Source of the DNA: Eledone cirrhosa
Lineage: Eukaryota
Length of the DNA: 64,000 nucleotides
Assembly (NCBI GenBank): GCA_964016885.1
Contig: OZ024761.1
Span: forward strand, 25,048,001-25,112,000
Reading direction: 5' to 3'
Under the pieces are notes generated by a model, which was not told the origin of the DNA, ran no database searches, and worked only from the letters and a program-made list of their open reading frames with translations. How positions within the stretch are numbered: the stretch's first letter is position 1; each line of letters begins with the position of its first letter. Made by a program: the position numbers and the translations under genes. Below, one piece after another: positions 1-21,794 of the stretch.

Positions 1-49
1 TGTGTGTGTATATATATATATATGCGTGTGTGTATATATATATATATGC

Positions 50-81
<32 letters not shown>

Positions 82-107
82 GCGTGTGTGTATATATATA
101 TATATGC

Positions 108-143
<36 letters not shown>

Positions 144-559
144 GCATCTATGTACTTATGTATCTAGGAACGTATGCATGTACGATTCTATGTAGATATA
201 TTTATTTTTATATGAATATATACTTATATATAATTACCCATATACATACATACATACATACTCACATACGTATATACATTCGTACATACCTACATGCAGT
301 TATATATTTGTGATGTATTCAAACTAAGAGCGCAGAGCAGGTGGGAAAATCTAGCGTATCAATGAACAGAAATCTGCAAGTTTCTATACCCGTTCTATGT
401 ATATATAACTGATTGTTGTATCCCAAATGTATTCCATTGAAATAAAAATACCACAAGTACATAAATAACCAATTTTTATTTGAGTTTGGTTTGATGCTCA
501 TTGAATATCTTGTCATTTTATTGAAGTAAAATTGAATGAATGAGATCTGTGGTGAGAAG

Positions 560-1412
560 TGGTGGAGAGGGTGTGGTGGAGAGGGTGTGGGATAGGTGGA
601 GAGTGTAAGAGATAGGGGAATGTGGCAGAGGTGGAGAGTGTGGGAGAGGGGAATGTGGGAGAGGTGGGGAATGTGGGAAAGTGTGGGAGAGGTGGAGAGT
701 GTAAGAGATAGGGGAATGTGGGAGAGGTGGGGAATGTGGCAGAGATGGGAGAGGGGAATGGGGGACAGTGTGGGAGAGGAGAATGGGGGACAGTGTGAGA
801 GAGGAGAATAGGGGACAGTGTGAGAGAGGAGAATGGGGGACAGTGTGAGAGAGGGGAATGGGGGACAGTGTGAGAGAGGGGATTGTGGGAGAGGTGGAAA
901 GAGTGTAAGAGTTGGCGAAAATGGAGTAAAACGAGTGAAATGTGTAGAACGGAAGTGTTTGGGAAGAGATGAAGGAGAACCTAGAGCACCAGCTCCAAGA
1001 GAGAGAGGAAGGTGAGAGAGAGAGAGGAAGGTGAGAGAGAGAGGAAGGTGAGAGAGAGAGAGGAAGGTGAGAGAGAGAAAAAAGATGCAGAAATGAGAGC
1101 ACGAGAGAGAAAGAGAGTGACAGAGAAAGAGACAGGACAGAGAAAGAGACAGGATGAGTGTAAGTGGGAGGGGAGAACGATGAAGTGGAGGACACTGTAG
1201 TAGCGTTGAAAAGAAGAATTAAAGATTAAAAGGAGAGATAAAACAAGAAGTGAGAGGGGGGGGGGCAAGAGATGAGAGGGAGGTGATGAAGTACGAAAGA
1301 TAAAAGAGAAGTAAGATGTAAAGAAGATTTGTGAGTTTTTGATAGAGGAAGAAGGTTATCTCATTAGGTAGCAGAAGAGGAGGGGGAAAGAGTGTCTGAG
1401 AGAGAGAGAGTG

Positions 1413-1487
<75 letters not shown>

Positions 1488-2130
1488 AGAGATGAGAGAG
1501 TGATAAGAGAGAGATGAGAGAGTGATAAGAGAGAGATGAGAGAGTGATAAGAGAGAGATGAGAGAGTGATAAGAGAGAGATGAGAGAGTGATAAGAGAGA
1601 GATGAGAGAGAGATGAGAGAGTGATAAGATAGAGATGAGAGAGAGATGAGAGAGAGATGAGAGAGAGATGAGAGAGAGATGAGAGAGAGATGAGAGAGAG
1701 ATGAGAGAGAGATGAGAGAAAGAGATGAGAGAGAGAGAAAGAGATGAGAGAGAGATAAGGGAGAGAGATAAGGGAGAGAGATATAAGGGAGAGAGATATA
1801 AGGGAGAGAGATATAAGGGAGAGAGATATAAGGGAGAAAGATATAAGGGAGAAAGATATAAGGGAGAAAGATATAAGGGAGAAAGATATAAGGGAGAAAG
1901 ATATAAGGGAGAAAGATATAAGGGAGAAAGATATAGGAGAGAGAGCGAGATAAAAGAGAGAGATAGAGATAAAAGAGAGAGATAGAGATAAAATAGAGAG
2001 ATAGAGATGAGAGAGAGAGATAGAGATGAGAGAGAGAGATGGAGAGAAAGAGAGAAAGAGAGATAAGAGAAAGCGAGATAAGTGAGAGAGAGAGCGAGAT
2101 AAGTGAGAGCGAGATAAGTGAGAGAGAGAT

Positions 2131-2169
<39 letters not shown>

Positions 2170-2198
2170 TGGAGAGAGAGAGAGAGAGAGAGAGAGAT

Positions 2199-2237
<39 letters not shown>

Positions 2238-2330
2238 TAGAGAGCGAGATAAAAGAGAGAGCGAGATAAAAGAGAGAGAGAGATAAAAGAGAGAGCGAGA
2301 TAAAAGAGAGCGAGATAAGGGGGAATATAA
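560..2330. repeat. GA-rich compound micro/minisatellite region
   Basis: Purine-only plus strand: (GA)n, GAGAGAGATGA-type and AGGGAGAAAGATATA (15-bp) arrays; the overlapping S/L-rich ORFs are artefacts. Confidence 0.95.
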
Positions 2331-2705
2331 AACTGAAGTGTGATGTAAATACTTCCTAACAAATATCAAATATGGAGTGGACATGAAAAACATTTAGAGA
2401 GATCAGATAAAATGGATTCTATTAATGTCTTTTTACGATCTTAAGTTCAATCACATAACTCCTCGAAACTTCGATTTACTTCCGACACATATATATCTGA
2501 ATCGATAATTGGAGAGTAGATCTCCAATTACCTAACTACACGTACCTTTAAAAGGTGTGGTCTTACTCAAAATCTACACATTGCAATTGTCACCAAAATT
2601 ATCACATAGACCACGATGTGCTTCATTGGTATATATAATCGATAAATAATCGATAGATGATAGATATTTAATCGGAGTGTTTTTTTTTTCACCTTACTGT
2701 GTGTG

Positions 2706-3410
2706 TATAAGTACGTGTTTGTGTGCAAGTACGTGTTTGTGTGCAAGTACGTGTTTGTGTGCAAGTACGTGTTTGTGTGCAAGTACGTGTTTGTGTGCAA
2801 GTACGTGTTTGTGTGCAAGTACGTGTTTGTGTGCAAGTACGTGTTTGTGTGCAAGTACGTGTTTGTGTGCAAGTACGTGTTTGTGTGCAAGTACGTGTTT
2901 GTGTGCAAGTACGTGTTTGTGTGCAAGTACGTGTTTGTGTGCAAGTACGTGTTTGTGTGCAAGTACGTGTTTGTGTGCAAGTACGTGTTTGTGTGCAAGT
3001 ACGTGTTTGTGTGCAAGTACGTGTTTGTGTGCAAGTACGTGTTTGTGTGCAAGTACGTGTTTGTGTGCAAGTACGTGTTTGTGTGCAAGTACGTGTTTGT
3101 GTGCAAGTACGTGTTTGTGTGCAAGTACGTGTTTGTGTGCAAGTACGTGTTTGTGTGCAAGTACGTGTTTGTGTGCAAGTACGTGTTTGTGTGCAAGTAC
3201 GTGTTTGTGTGCAAGTACGTGTTTGTGTGTAAGTACGTGTTTGTGTGTAAGTACGTGTTTGTGTGTAAGTAGGTGTTTGTGTGTAAGTACGTGTTTGTGT
3301 GTAAGTACGTGTTTGTGTGTAAGTACGTGTTTGTGTGTAAGTACGTGTTTGTGTGTAAGTACGTGTTTGTGTGTAAGTACGTGTTTGTGTGTAAGTACGT
3401 GTTTGTGTGT
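2706..3410. repeat. 18-bp minisatellite (AAGTACGTGTTTGTGTGC/T), about 39 copies
   Basis: Exact 18-bp periodicity; the last base switches from C to T at about 3230; degrades into AAGTATGTGTGTGTGTGT and (TG)n arrays up to about 3920. Confidence 0.97.
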
Positions 3411-4147
3411 GCGCGTGTGCGTATGTAAGTACGCGTGCGTGTGTGCGTGTGCATGCGTAAGTGCATGCGTAAGTGCATGCGTAAGTGCGTGCGTAGGTGC
3501 GTGCGTGTAAGTATGCGTGTGTGTAAGTATGTGTGTGTGTGTGTGTAAGTGTGTGTGTGTAAGTATGTGTGTGTGTAAGTATGTGTGTGTGTGTAAGTAT
3601 GTGTGTGTGTGTAAGTATGTGTGTGTGTGTAAGTATGTGTGTGTGTGTAAGTATGTGTGTGTGTGTAAGTATGTGTGTGTGTAAGTATGTGTGTGTGTGT
3701 AAGTATGTGTGTGTGTGTAAGTATGTGTGTGTGTGTAAGTATGTGTGTGTGTGTAAGTATGTGTGTGTGTGTAAGTATGTGTGTGTGTGTAAGTATGTGT
3801 GTGTGTGTGTAAGTATGTGTGTGTAAGTATGTGTGTGTATGTATGTGTGTGTATGTATGTGTGTGTATGTATGTGTGTGTATGTATGTGTGTGTATGTAT
3901 GTGTGTGTATGTATACGTCTGTATGTGCGTGCGTGAGTATCTATGTATATGTATGTGCGTGAGTATCTATGTATGTATATGTTTGCCATTTTTTATTATT
4001 TGAATCATGAAATAAGCGTCCAAACATCCAAAATGGATGAGCATTCCACAGACACGAGTACCCTTCAGTTGCTGCTCGGGAATAGACAAGAATTTACCCG
4101 GCAGATCGGAACAAGGAGACTATATTGCCATTATTATTATTTGTAAA

Positions 4148-4375
4148 GGGCGGTGGATTGGCAGTATCGGTAGAGGGTCGGACGAGATGTTGTGCAGCAT
4201 AGAGTTACGGCCCTTTACGATCTGAGTTCAAATCCCGCCGGGGTTAACTTCGCCTTTCATCCTTACGGGGTCGATAAAATAAAGTACCAGTCACGCTCTG
4301 GGGTCGATTTAATCGACTTTCCCCTCCCCCAAAATTGCTGGCATTCAGCCTATAGTACGAACCATAACCATTACC
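4148..4375 (+). mobile_element. tRNA-derived SINE (family A, Nin-domain-like core)
   Basis: GGCGGTGGATTGGCAGTATCGGTAG head, B-box-like GAGTTCAAATCCC, core GCCTTTCATCCTTACGGGGTCGATAAAATAAAGTACCAG; dozens of copies in the window. Confidence 0.9.
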
Positions 4376-4427
4376 AGAATGAAAAAAAACGAATACATAA
4401 ACGAATACATGCCTGTTTGATTTCCAT

Positions 4428-5160
4428 GTGTCTAACACACGTGGGCATGCCAACAATGTCAGAAAACAGCACAGCTCCCATAACTTTCGGAATCATTGTT
4501 TCACGCTCAGAGTTGCTGAAGCATGGAACAACCCGAATCAGTTATTAGCTGCCGAGACACTGCATCCTTTAAAACCTCCATGTAACAAACTACCTGCATC
4601 AGTTATTAGCTGCCGAGACACTGCATCAGTTATTAGCTGCCGAGACACTGCATCCTTTAAAATCTCCATGGAACAAACGACCTGCATCAGTTATTAGCTG
4701 CCGAGACACTGCATCCTTTAAAACCTCCATGGAACAAACTATCTGCATCAGTTGTTAGCTGCCGAGACACTGCATCCTTTAAAATCTCCATGGAACAAAC
4801 GACCTGCATCAGTTATTAGCTGCCGAGACACTGCATCCTTTAAAACCTCCATGGAACAAACTATCTGCATCAGTTGTTAGCTGCCGAGACACTGCATCCT
4901 TTAAAACCCCCATGGAACAAACTACCTGCATCAGTTGTTAGCTGCCGAGACACCGCATCCTTTAAAACCCCCATGCTTCCTGAGATTCGCCAACACTACA
5001 CCTAATATTCCCCCTCCATACACACGCACACGTGTATATCATGACTCATACACTGTTCACTTCCCTGTCATTTGTATATTATTCTATGTACTATACATGC
5101 ACCTTTGATGAGTTGCAGTGCACCTGAGCACTGAACACAATAATTTCATTATTTTTACTA
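4428..5160 (+). mobile_element. CR1-clade LINE 3' end with internal 61-bp tandem amplification
   Basis: Translation TRGHANNVRKQHSSHNFRNHCFTLRVAEAWN..LPASVISCRDTASFK matches the CR1 ORF2 C-terminal pattern (TRGH...F..RV...WN.LP..V); about 7 copies of a 61-bp unit at about 4522-4975, then a 3' UTR. Confidence 0.8.
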
Positions 5161-5599
5161 TTATAAAATAAACTACAATGAAATAAAAAAATATATACAA
5201 TGAAAGAGCAAAGAAAAGAGCCGTTTTGGAAACATTTAACTCAATCTGGTTTATTTATTTTTTTTTTACCTGTAAAAGAATTAACTGATAGAAATACAAG
5301 ACTTACCTTAGACTGTAAGGAATCTTGGTTTATATGACAATTCAGTTATTCATGATTTACTGGAAATCACATTCGGAAGAATTACGTGACCTTCTTTTCT
5401 TAATTTGGTGAATCAGTGACGTGTTTATAAAGAAAATGGCAAGCCATCAAAAGGTCGCTTTTAGCATATGTAGAAAGTCCGAAGGAAGTAACCGTAGAAT
5501 AATTTGATAGGATGTTTCACGAATTTGAAATGTTCAAGCAAATAATAATAGCCGTTTCTAATTTAGACACAAAGCCAGCAATGCTGGATATGGGTGAAA

Positions 5600-5955
5600 G
5601 TGTGTGGCAAGACGAGTCCATTAAATTAGAGATGCAACTCCATTTTGATAGTTGTGTCGACTAGAGCGAAGATAAGTAATGCGTCTTCCTGAAAAAATAC
5701 ATCATCACCTCGGGAATCGAACCCCCGACATTACGATTTCAGCAATGGCTAGCTGAGTTGACTGGAGCAGCGAGATGCGTGAACGTGTGTGACAAGATGA
5801 GTCCATTAAATTAGAGGTACAACTCCATTTTGATTGTTGTGTCGACTAGAGCGAAGATAAGTAATGCGTCTTCCTGAAAAAAATACATCATCACCTCGGG
5901 AATCGAACCCCCGACATTAGGATTTCACCAATGGCTAGCTGAGTTGACTGGTGCA
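5600..5955 (-). repeat. Tandem duplication (about 187 bp x2) of a SINE-like fragment
   Basis: Two near-identical copies of GAGTCCATTAAATTAGAG...GGGAATCGAACCCCCGAC...GCTGAGTTGACTGG; contains a reverse-strand tRNA B-box. Confidence 0.8.
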
Positions 5956-6099
5956 ACAAGAATTAGTGACACTCTCGTGGGAATTGAACTCGTGACATTA
6001 TTACCCTCAGCCAAACACCGTACCCACAATCTACACGCTTTCATTTGCATGTTTTCAGAAATAAGCAGGGATGTTTTGACCCCTCATTGTCGTAGATAA

Positions 6100-6720
6100 A
6101 AATGATTTCTAATTTAGGCAAAATACCAAACATTTTCGGGGTTCAGGAACGTTGATTAAATCGACCTCATTACTTGATTGATACTCTAATTGTTTCTACT
6201 TTTCGCACAAGGCCAGCAATTACCTCGGTACATTACTGGTACTTTATTATATCGACCCCGAAAAGAATGAAAGGCAACGTTAACATTGGCGAGATTTGAA
6301 CTCGAACCTTAAAGAGACGCAACTCTATGCTGCAAAGCTTCATATCTTACCCTCTACCGATACTGCCAAATCTGGTACTATATATTAAATTAACGAAACC
6401 AGAAGAATTAAATGTGAAACTCACCTCGGTGGGATTTGAACCGAAACAAATGACTTAAATCAGTTTCTATAGCACTGTAACGATACAATCTACCGCTTTA
6501 TTTCCTCCGATGATAACGGTTTCTTATTTAGGAACAAAGCCAGCAATTTGGGGGAAGGAAGAAAGTCGATTAAATCGACCGCAGTGCGTGACTATACTTT
6601 ATTTTATCGACCCCGTAACGGGTCCTTTTATTCAGAACGTAACATGTCATAAATATGCCGCGAAGCGTAGTGTCCGACGCATTAGTAATACTGCCAAGCC
6701 ACCATCATACTACCTCTGAT
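6100..6720 (-). mobile_element. Cluster of degenerate family-A SINEs
   Basis: Reverse-complement core TGGTACTTTATT.TATCGACCCC and GATTTGAAC B-box repeated several times. Confidence 0.8.
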
Positions 6721-6849
6721 AACGAAATTTCATGACATTCCGTTAGAAATATTTACTTCTATTTCTATCGCCGGCAATTTAACGAGATTGATTTCTTATT
6801 CTTCCGCGAGAGGGAGCTGTTATTGAAAAACAACTAACGCACCTTTTTT

Positions 6850-7282
6850 CTAGGTACAACACTTCAATAGCTATCAGAAAGGATCTGTTCAGAAATCCTA
6901 CATCTGTGATTCCCAACGTATGGCGCAAGCCCCACAGGAGCAATTTGAAATTGATGTTAATGAGAGCAAATTTCAGGTTTTACCCTATTCTTTTTACACC
7001 AAGGCAACATTGGAACAAATTACTGTCAGAAACTCCGGTCTGACTACCTCCACATGTTATTGTACATCTGGCACCACCTACATCAAGGTAACTTTAAGAC
7101 ACATTACTGTCAGAAACTCCTGTCTCCAACACACACACATGCTATTGTATATCTGGCACCACCCTTACACCAATTTGTTTACACTTTGTAGTTGATCATC
7201 GCTGTTTTTATATAAAAGAGGGGCATAACAATGTTTGAGATGTTGAGGGGGGGTATGTGGCACAAAATGTTGGGAGCCACTG
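6850..7282 (+). mobile_element. Probable decayed hAT transposon 3' end
   Basis: Ends in AAAATGTTGGGAGCCACTG (reverse of a CAGTGGyTCCCAAC-type hAT TIR); upstream frames give DLFRNP and QEQFEIDVNE, reminiscent of hAT transposase C-terminal motifs but frameshifted. Confidence 0.45.
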
Positions 7283-7885
7283 TCCTGCATTAATACATTT
7301 GAGAAATTGTAGCAATATTTTTCGCTAACATCATAGTTTCGGCGTAGAAGCCATCCAAAACCTGTACGCCTTTTAGCAAAATACATATGGAGACATCCGA
7401 ACAGATTCTTAAGTGTTTCAGTAATAAGCTTGCTAATAAATATATCCTTTCAATTTATAATAACCAAGAATGTTTAGTAATAGTAATCACGCTTAAGGTT
7501 TAATACTTTAAATTAAAAGATGCATTCAGAATGTATTAGATTAATGCATGTATGTTTTCATTTTAAGAAATAAGTAATCGTATGTAAAATTATCCGGAAT
7601 ACTTCGAAGTTATTCAGAAGATTTTTCTCGTTTTCTTTTTGTTTTTTTTTTCCTTATAAAGAAACCCATTACAAATGGTATCGTTATATTAATTATTTCA
7701 GTAAAATAAATTACAACACTTAACTCTAATCCTTTGCAACATTTTAAACTGCTCTGTCAGCTATAAAGATCTCTCTCTCTCTCTTTTATTTTCCATATTG
7801 GCATACAGAAATGATACGCACACAATTCCTTAACGTGAAAACTATGTTGTACAAGTTGGAATATAGGTAGGTAGGTGGTAGGTAG

Positions 7886-7921
<36 letters not shown>

Positions 7922-8144
7922 AAAAAAACAATACTTTTTATTCGCCTATGCACAAACATATATGTAAATGATTCTGAAGCTCGAAGGGATTTTCTTTGAG
8001 GATGACTTAAGCGGTGATCACCTACAACATATCTACTGGAAGGAATCTCGCTGGATCCTTCCTTCCAAGGAAGTATTCAATTCTAATAACGTTATCAGCC
8101 CCATCACAACCCGGTCCATTATACTGTTCCTCTTTCTCTCTCAG

Positions 8145-17250
<9,106 letters not shown>

Positions 17251-17672
17251 CAATAATATATGGGGAAGGTCATATTGTTATAATATTGCCAGAAATAATA
17301 AAACATTCATTGTTTGGTCTGGATTGATTTTTTCATCTGTATCTGTTATATCTCCATAGTTAATTTAACAGTCAATGAATGTTTGTCATTGATTGACTAA
17401 CGCTCAAAAATACAGATATAAATATATATCAAAGCTTAGAAACACAAAATAGTCTTACAATTAAATAGCTCAATGAGAAAAAATTTTCCGGGCCATGTAA
17501 TATAATTGAATATAAAAGAGAGATAAAGACATACATATACGTGTTCAAATCGTAAGGCACCAGATTCGCTAGGGTGAAAAAAATATTAACTATGAACAAT
17601 AGGGTTTGCCAGACGATTTAAAAGAATAAATTAAGAAAAAAATACAAACCGAAATTGTGTGAACTATCAAAT

Positions 17673-17748
17673 ACCCAGACAGCTTTTGGTAATGCTGTTT
17701 CGCAATTTCGTGAAAGGAAATTTCCAATTCTATTGCTCTTCAGTGGGT
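17673..17748 (-). ncRNA. Type I hammerhead ribozyme (canonical three-stem)
   Basis: Minus strand reads ACCCA-CUGAAGA-GCAAU[25 nt]AUUGC-GAAA-CAGC-AUUACCAAAA-GCUG-UC-UGGGU. Stem I 5 bp, stem II 5 bp, stem III 5 bp, GUC cleavage triplet, all core nucleotides intact. Confidence 0.85.
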
Positions 17749-17827
17749 GGGAATTAGTAAACCCTTTACTTCTAAATATCTCAGAAACTATATATATATA
17801 ATAATAATAATAAATCTGAAGACTAAA

Positions 17828-18039
17828 ATCCGTTAAGGGTGAAAGCGGTGATTCTTTGCTTAAACTTTAATCTGTTATTTTAATAAATATGTATATATAT
17901 AATAAATGCGAAGACTAAAATCCAAAGAGGGCTCGATACGGATAAATATGTATCAAGTATATAAGAACCCCAGAGCAAGTATTTATTAAAATAACGGATT
18001 AAAGTTTCAGCAAAGAATCGGTGCTTTCACCCTTAACGG
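17828..18039. repeat. Inverted repeat of a Penelope-like 3' fragment (degenerate HHR core)
   Basis: About 60-bp arms CCGTTAAGGGTGAAAGC..GATTCTTTGCT.AAACTTTAATC.GTTATTTTAATAAAT and its reverse complement; the same family recurs at about 25335-25395 (-) and about 60890-60970 (+). Confidence 0.7.
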
Positions 18040-18339
18040 GGTCGTCTATGAAAGTATTTTCCTCACACTATTATTTCTAGCAATATTATAACAATATGAC
18101 CCTCCCCAAATATAACAATATTTGTCTCAACACACTATTTCATATAAAAAAATCTTGCAAAACACATTGTTGACCGAGTGGAGCCTTCAATATAAAACAT
18201 TCTCACTCAACCCCACCCACCCCACACCTTACTGTACCGTCCTTATTGTTTTCTTAATATAAGACGTGTTGTTAATAAAGAAAACATTACTATTGCTCTT
18301 ATTATATCCTCGGGTGCCTCGAAATGTCGGGTGTTTCAG

Positions 18340-18680
18340 AATGGATAGGGTAGCTTAGTCGCCTCTGGCAGGTTAACTTTGTCTTTCACCCTTACGTGGT
18401 TGATTAAATACAGTACCAGTAATGTACTAGGTAATTGTTGGCCTTGTGCCAAATGTAGAAACAATTATTATTATTATTATCCAAGGGTGGTGGATAGGCA
18501 GTATCGGCAGAACGTCAGACACCATGCTTTGTAGCATAGAGTTATGGCCGTTTGCGTTATGACTTCAAATCCCGGCGAGGTTAACTTTGCCTTTCATCTT
18601 TACGGGATCGATAAACTAAAGCACCAGTAATACACTGGGATAATTGCTGGCCTTGTGTCAAATGTTGAAACAATTATTAT
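18340..18680 (+). mobile_element. Two family-A SINE copies
   Basis: Conserved head and core motifs with (ATT)n tails. Confidence 0.85.
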
Positions 18681-19639
18681 TATTGTTATATTTATTTAGC
18701 TAATATTTCGGTCCCGTCGATACCTCTTCAAATTAGAAAGAGAGAGTCAACTTCTTTCCCACTACACACATATACCTCATCCCTTTTCGGAATTTTTTTC
18801 GATCGAAACACGAGTTCCTTTCACTAATGATATGGATACTAAATAAATTAGGTCATCTCTTTTATTGATTTGTCAGATATTTTTGTTTGTTTGTGTGGAA
18901 GGAAATACCTTGGACGGGTCTTTATATGTAACTAGAATTTTTTTTTTTTTCGAGGATATTTTATATTTTATTGATCTCATTGATAGCTGTGAGAAGGGGT
19001 TCGTTTCTGTTGATCCATAATAATGAAATTTTTTTTTATTATATCTTTAATTATTTCGTTGTTCTTCAATGGTCACTTATATTATGGCTATTTATTATTC
19101 TCAGAAAATTTCTTTATCACACAATATTAACTAACTAATCTACTCTGGTATTTTAGTTAATTTTTTCTGTTCTTCAATGATCACATTTTTTTTCTTTATA
19201 TTATTCTCAAATATTTTATCTCTTAATATTAACACTTCCAAATCTACTGATAGTTATTTAGTTTTTTTTCATTATTCTCTTAAGTTTATTCTGGGATGGG
19301 TCTCGTTGATTGTGTAAATGCTTCGTTGTTTCCATGGTAAATTCCCTAGAATTTTATCCCCATTTTAAGTTCAAGTCTTGATTATTTAACGACTGTATCC
19401 ATGTTTATGTTTTGTAGTTTTACAGAGAGTTTGTTGTTTTCTGTCTCTCGTTGTGTGGATATTATGTGTTGTTATGAGGTATTTTTCTCCCGTTTCACAG
19501 AATCATTGGCTATGTATGTATACATACATATATATATACACATCTAAATATATAGAGATATGTACATACACACATATACATACATGTATATATACAGCTA
19601 TACATGTATATATACACATGCATATATATACACATACAC

Positions 19640-20130
19640 ATACACGTACATGTACACATACATGTACACATACATGTACACATACATGTACACATACATG
19701 TACACATACATGTACACATACATGTACACATACATGTACACATACATGTACACATACATGTACACATACATGTACACATACATGTACACATACATGTACA
19801 CATACATGTACACATACATGTACACATACATGTACACATACATGTACACATACATGTACACATACATGTACACATACATGTACACATACATGTACACATA
19901 CATGTACACATACATGTACACACACATGTACACACACATGTACACACACATGTACACACACATGTACACACACATGTACACATACATGTACACATACATG
20001 TACACATACATGTACACATACACGTACACATACACGTACACATACACGTACACATACATGTACACATACATACATGTACACATACATACATGTACACATA
20101 CATACATGTACACATACATACATGTACACA
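19640..20130. repeat. 12-bp minisatellite (CATACATGTACA)n within CA/TA tract
   Basis: Exact 12-bp periodicity over about 400 bp. Confidence 0.95.
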
Positions 20131-21477
20131 TACACATACATGTATATATACACATATACATACATGTATATATACACATATACATACATGTATATATACA
20201 CATATACATACATGTATATATACACATATACATACATGTATATATACACATGCATATATATATACACATGCATATATATATACACATACACACCCACAAA
20301 CACACCCACAAACATATATACACGCATATATATATATATATACACAAACATATATACACATACATATATACACACATATATATATATATATACACAAACA
20401 TATATACACATACATATATACACACATATATACACATACACATTGGCTACATTTTCATTGTTTATGTTGCTTTGTGTGCTTCCTTTCATTGAGTTGTGAA
20501 AACATTGTTTATCACACTATGATCAATATCACTATTATTATCGTTATTATTATCATTATTATTATTATTAGTAGTAGTAGTATTATTCTCTCCTCTATTT
20601 GCCAGGGTCTTAGGATCATTTGTTGTTATAACAATCCATTAAAAAACATTTTTAAAAAAACATTCTTTTAGATATTTTCCTTATACAATTTATTTCTTTA
20701 CTATGTTATACACCCTTCCTATAAACCTTGCATGTGTTTCATTTATAGTAATTGAAGTATATGGGAGATGTAGCATTGTACTGCAGCATGGGCGTAGCTC
20801 AGCTCCTAGCATTAATATATTATTTGATTCCCGAACAAATTTGTATTCACCCCCTCCAATTGCCGTTAACTCATATGGGCGGTTCTATAATATTGAGCCG
20901 GTAATATAGGCGAAACTTTGAAGTAAAGCTTCATCCTTAATAAAAATAAGACAATAGCTTATTGACGCTATAGACAGTATACGAGGCGATAATTCACTGC
21001 TTATTTATTGTGTTTTTATTACGAGGATACAAAACCCATCAAACGTGTATTTTATTATTGTAGCTACGTTATTGGCAAGGAGATATTAATCACCGACACA
21101 CCCATAAATGAATATATCGATAATTACTAAACATTGTTTAATCAGTAATTATTATTATTAAGGCGGTGGATTAGCAGTATCAATAGAGGGTTGGAGGCCA
21201 TGCTTTGCAGCATAGAGCTACGGCCCTATATGATCCGAGTTCAAATCACGCCGAGGTTAACTTTACCTTTCATCTTTACGGGGTCGATTAAATAAAGTAC
21301 CAGTAATACACTGGGATAATTGCTGGCCTTGTGCCAAAAGTAGAAACAATTACCATTAAGGCGGTGGATTGGCAGTATCAATAGAGGGTTGGGGGCCATG
21401 CTTTGCAGCATAGAGCTACGGCCCTATATGATCTGAGTTCAAATCACGCCGCAGTTAACTTTATCTTTCATCTTTAC

Positions 21478-21794
21478 TCAGACTCGGGCTCAGAATCTCC
21501 CGCGTCTTGCGACGCATGAGGCAATGATAGTGTTCCACCGCGTTCGGTCAGCAGCCAGTTGCACAGCGTCCCGCCATTGTCTGTTTGTCGCTCGCAGGTC
21601 CCTCTCAACTGTCTGGCGCCAGTTCATTTTGGGTCGCCCTCTCCGTCTGCTTCCCTGTGGGTTCCATTTAAGTACTTGGTTCGCCAGTCTCTCCGGGGGA
21701 AGTCTCAAAGTGTGTCCAAACCAGCCCATGCGTCGCTTGCAGATGGTAGAAGAGACTAGCTGCTGGTTGGGGCGGTTCCCGACTTCCTGGTTTG
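21478..21794 (-). mobile_element. 5'-truncated RTE-like LINE nested in a SINE
   Basis: Translation NQEVGNRPNQQLVSSTICKRRMGWFGHTLRLPPERLANQVLKWNPQGSRRRGRPKMNW...ADRTRW matches the RTE-type ORF C-terminus (WFGH..R, R.RGRP...W); splits the SINE core CATCTTTAC|GGAGTCGATAAA with a TTAC duplication. Confidence 0.85.

Noticed and set aside
4148-4240. tRNA gene calls from A/B-box motifs (here and at other SINE heads)
   Set aside because: No cloverleaf; these are SINE heads followed by conserved SINE cores.
5270-5312. Minus-strand GTAAGT donor and TTTTACAG acceptor
   Set aside because: Would define a 37-nt intron or a 6-nt exon with no supportable reading frame.
6854-6976. Plus-strand exon candidate (TTTTTTCTAG acceptor, open frame)
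   Set aside because: Weak donor, no partner exons, and an adjacent hAT-like TIR suggests a transposase remnant.
18696-18736. HHR-like motif on the minus strand (UUGAAGA...GAAAUAUUA)
   Set aside because: Core C3 is mutated and stem I is unconvincing; at most a decayed copy.
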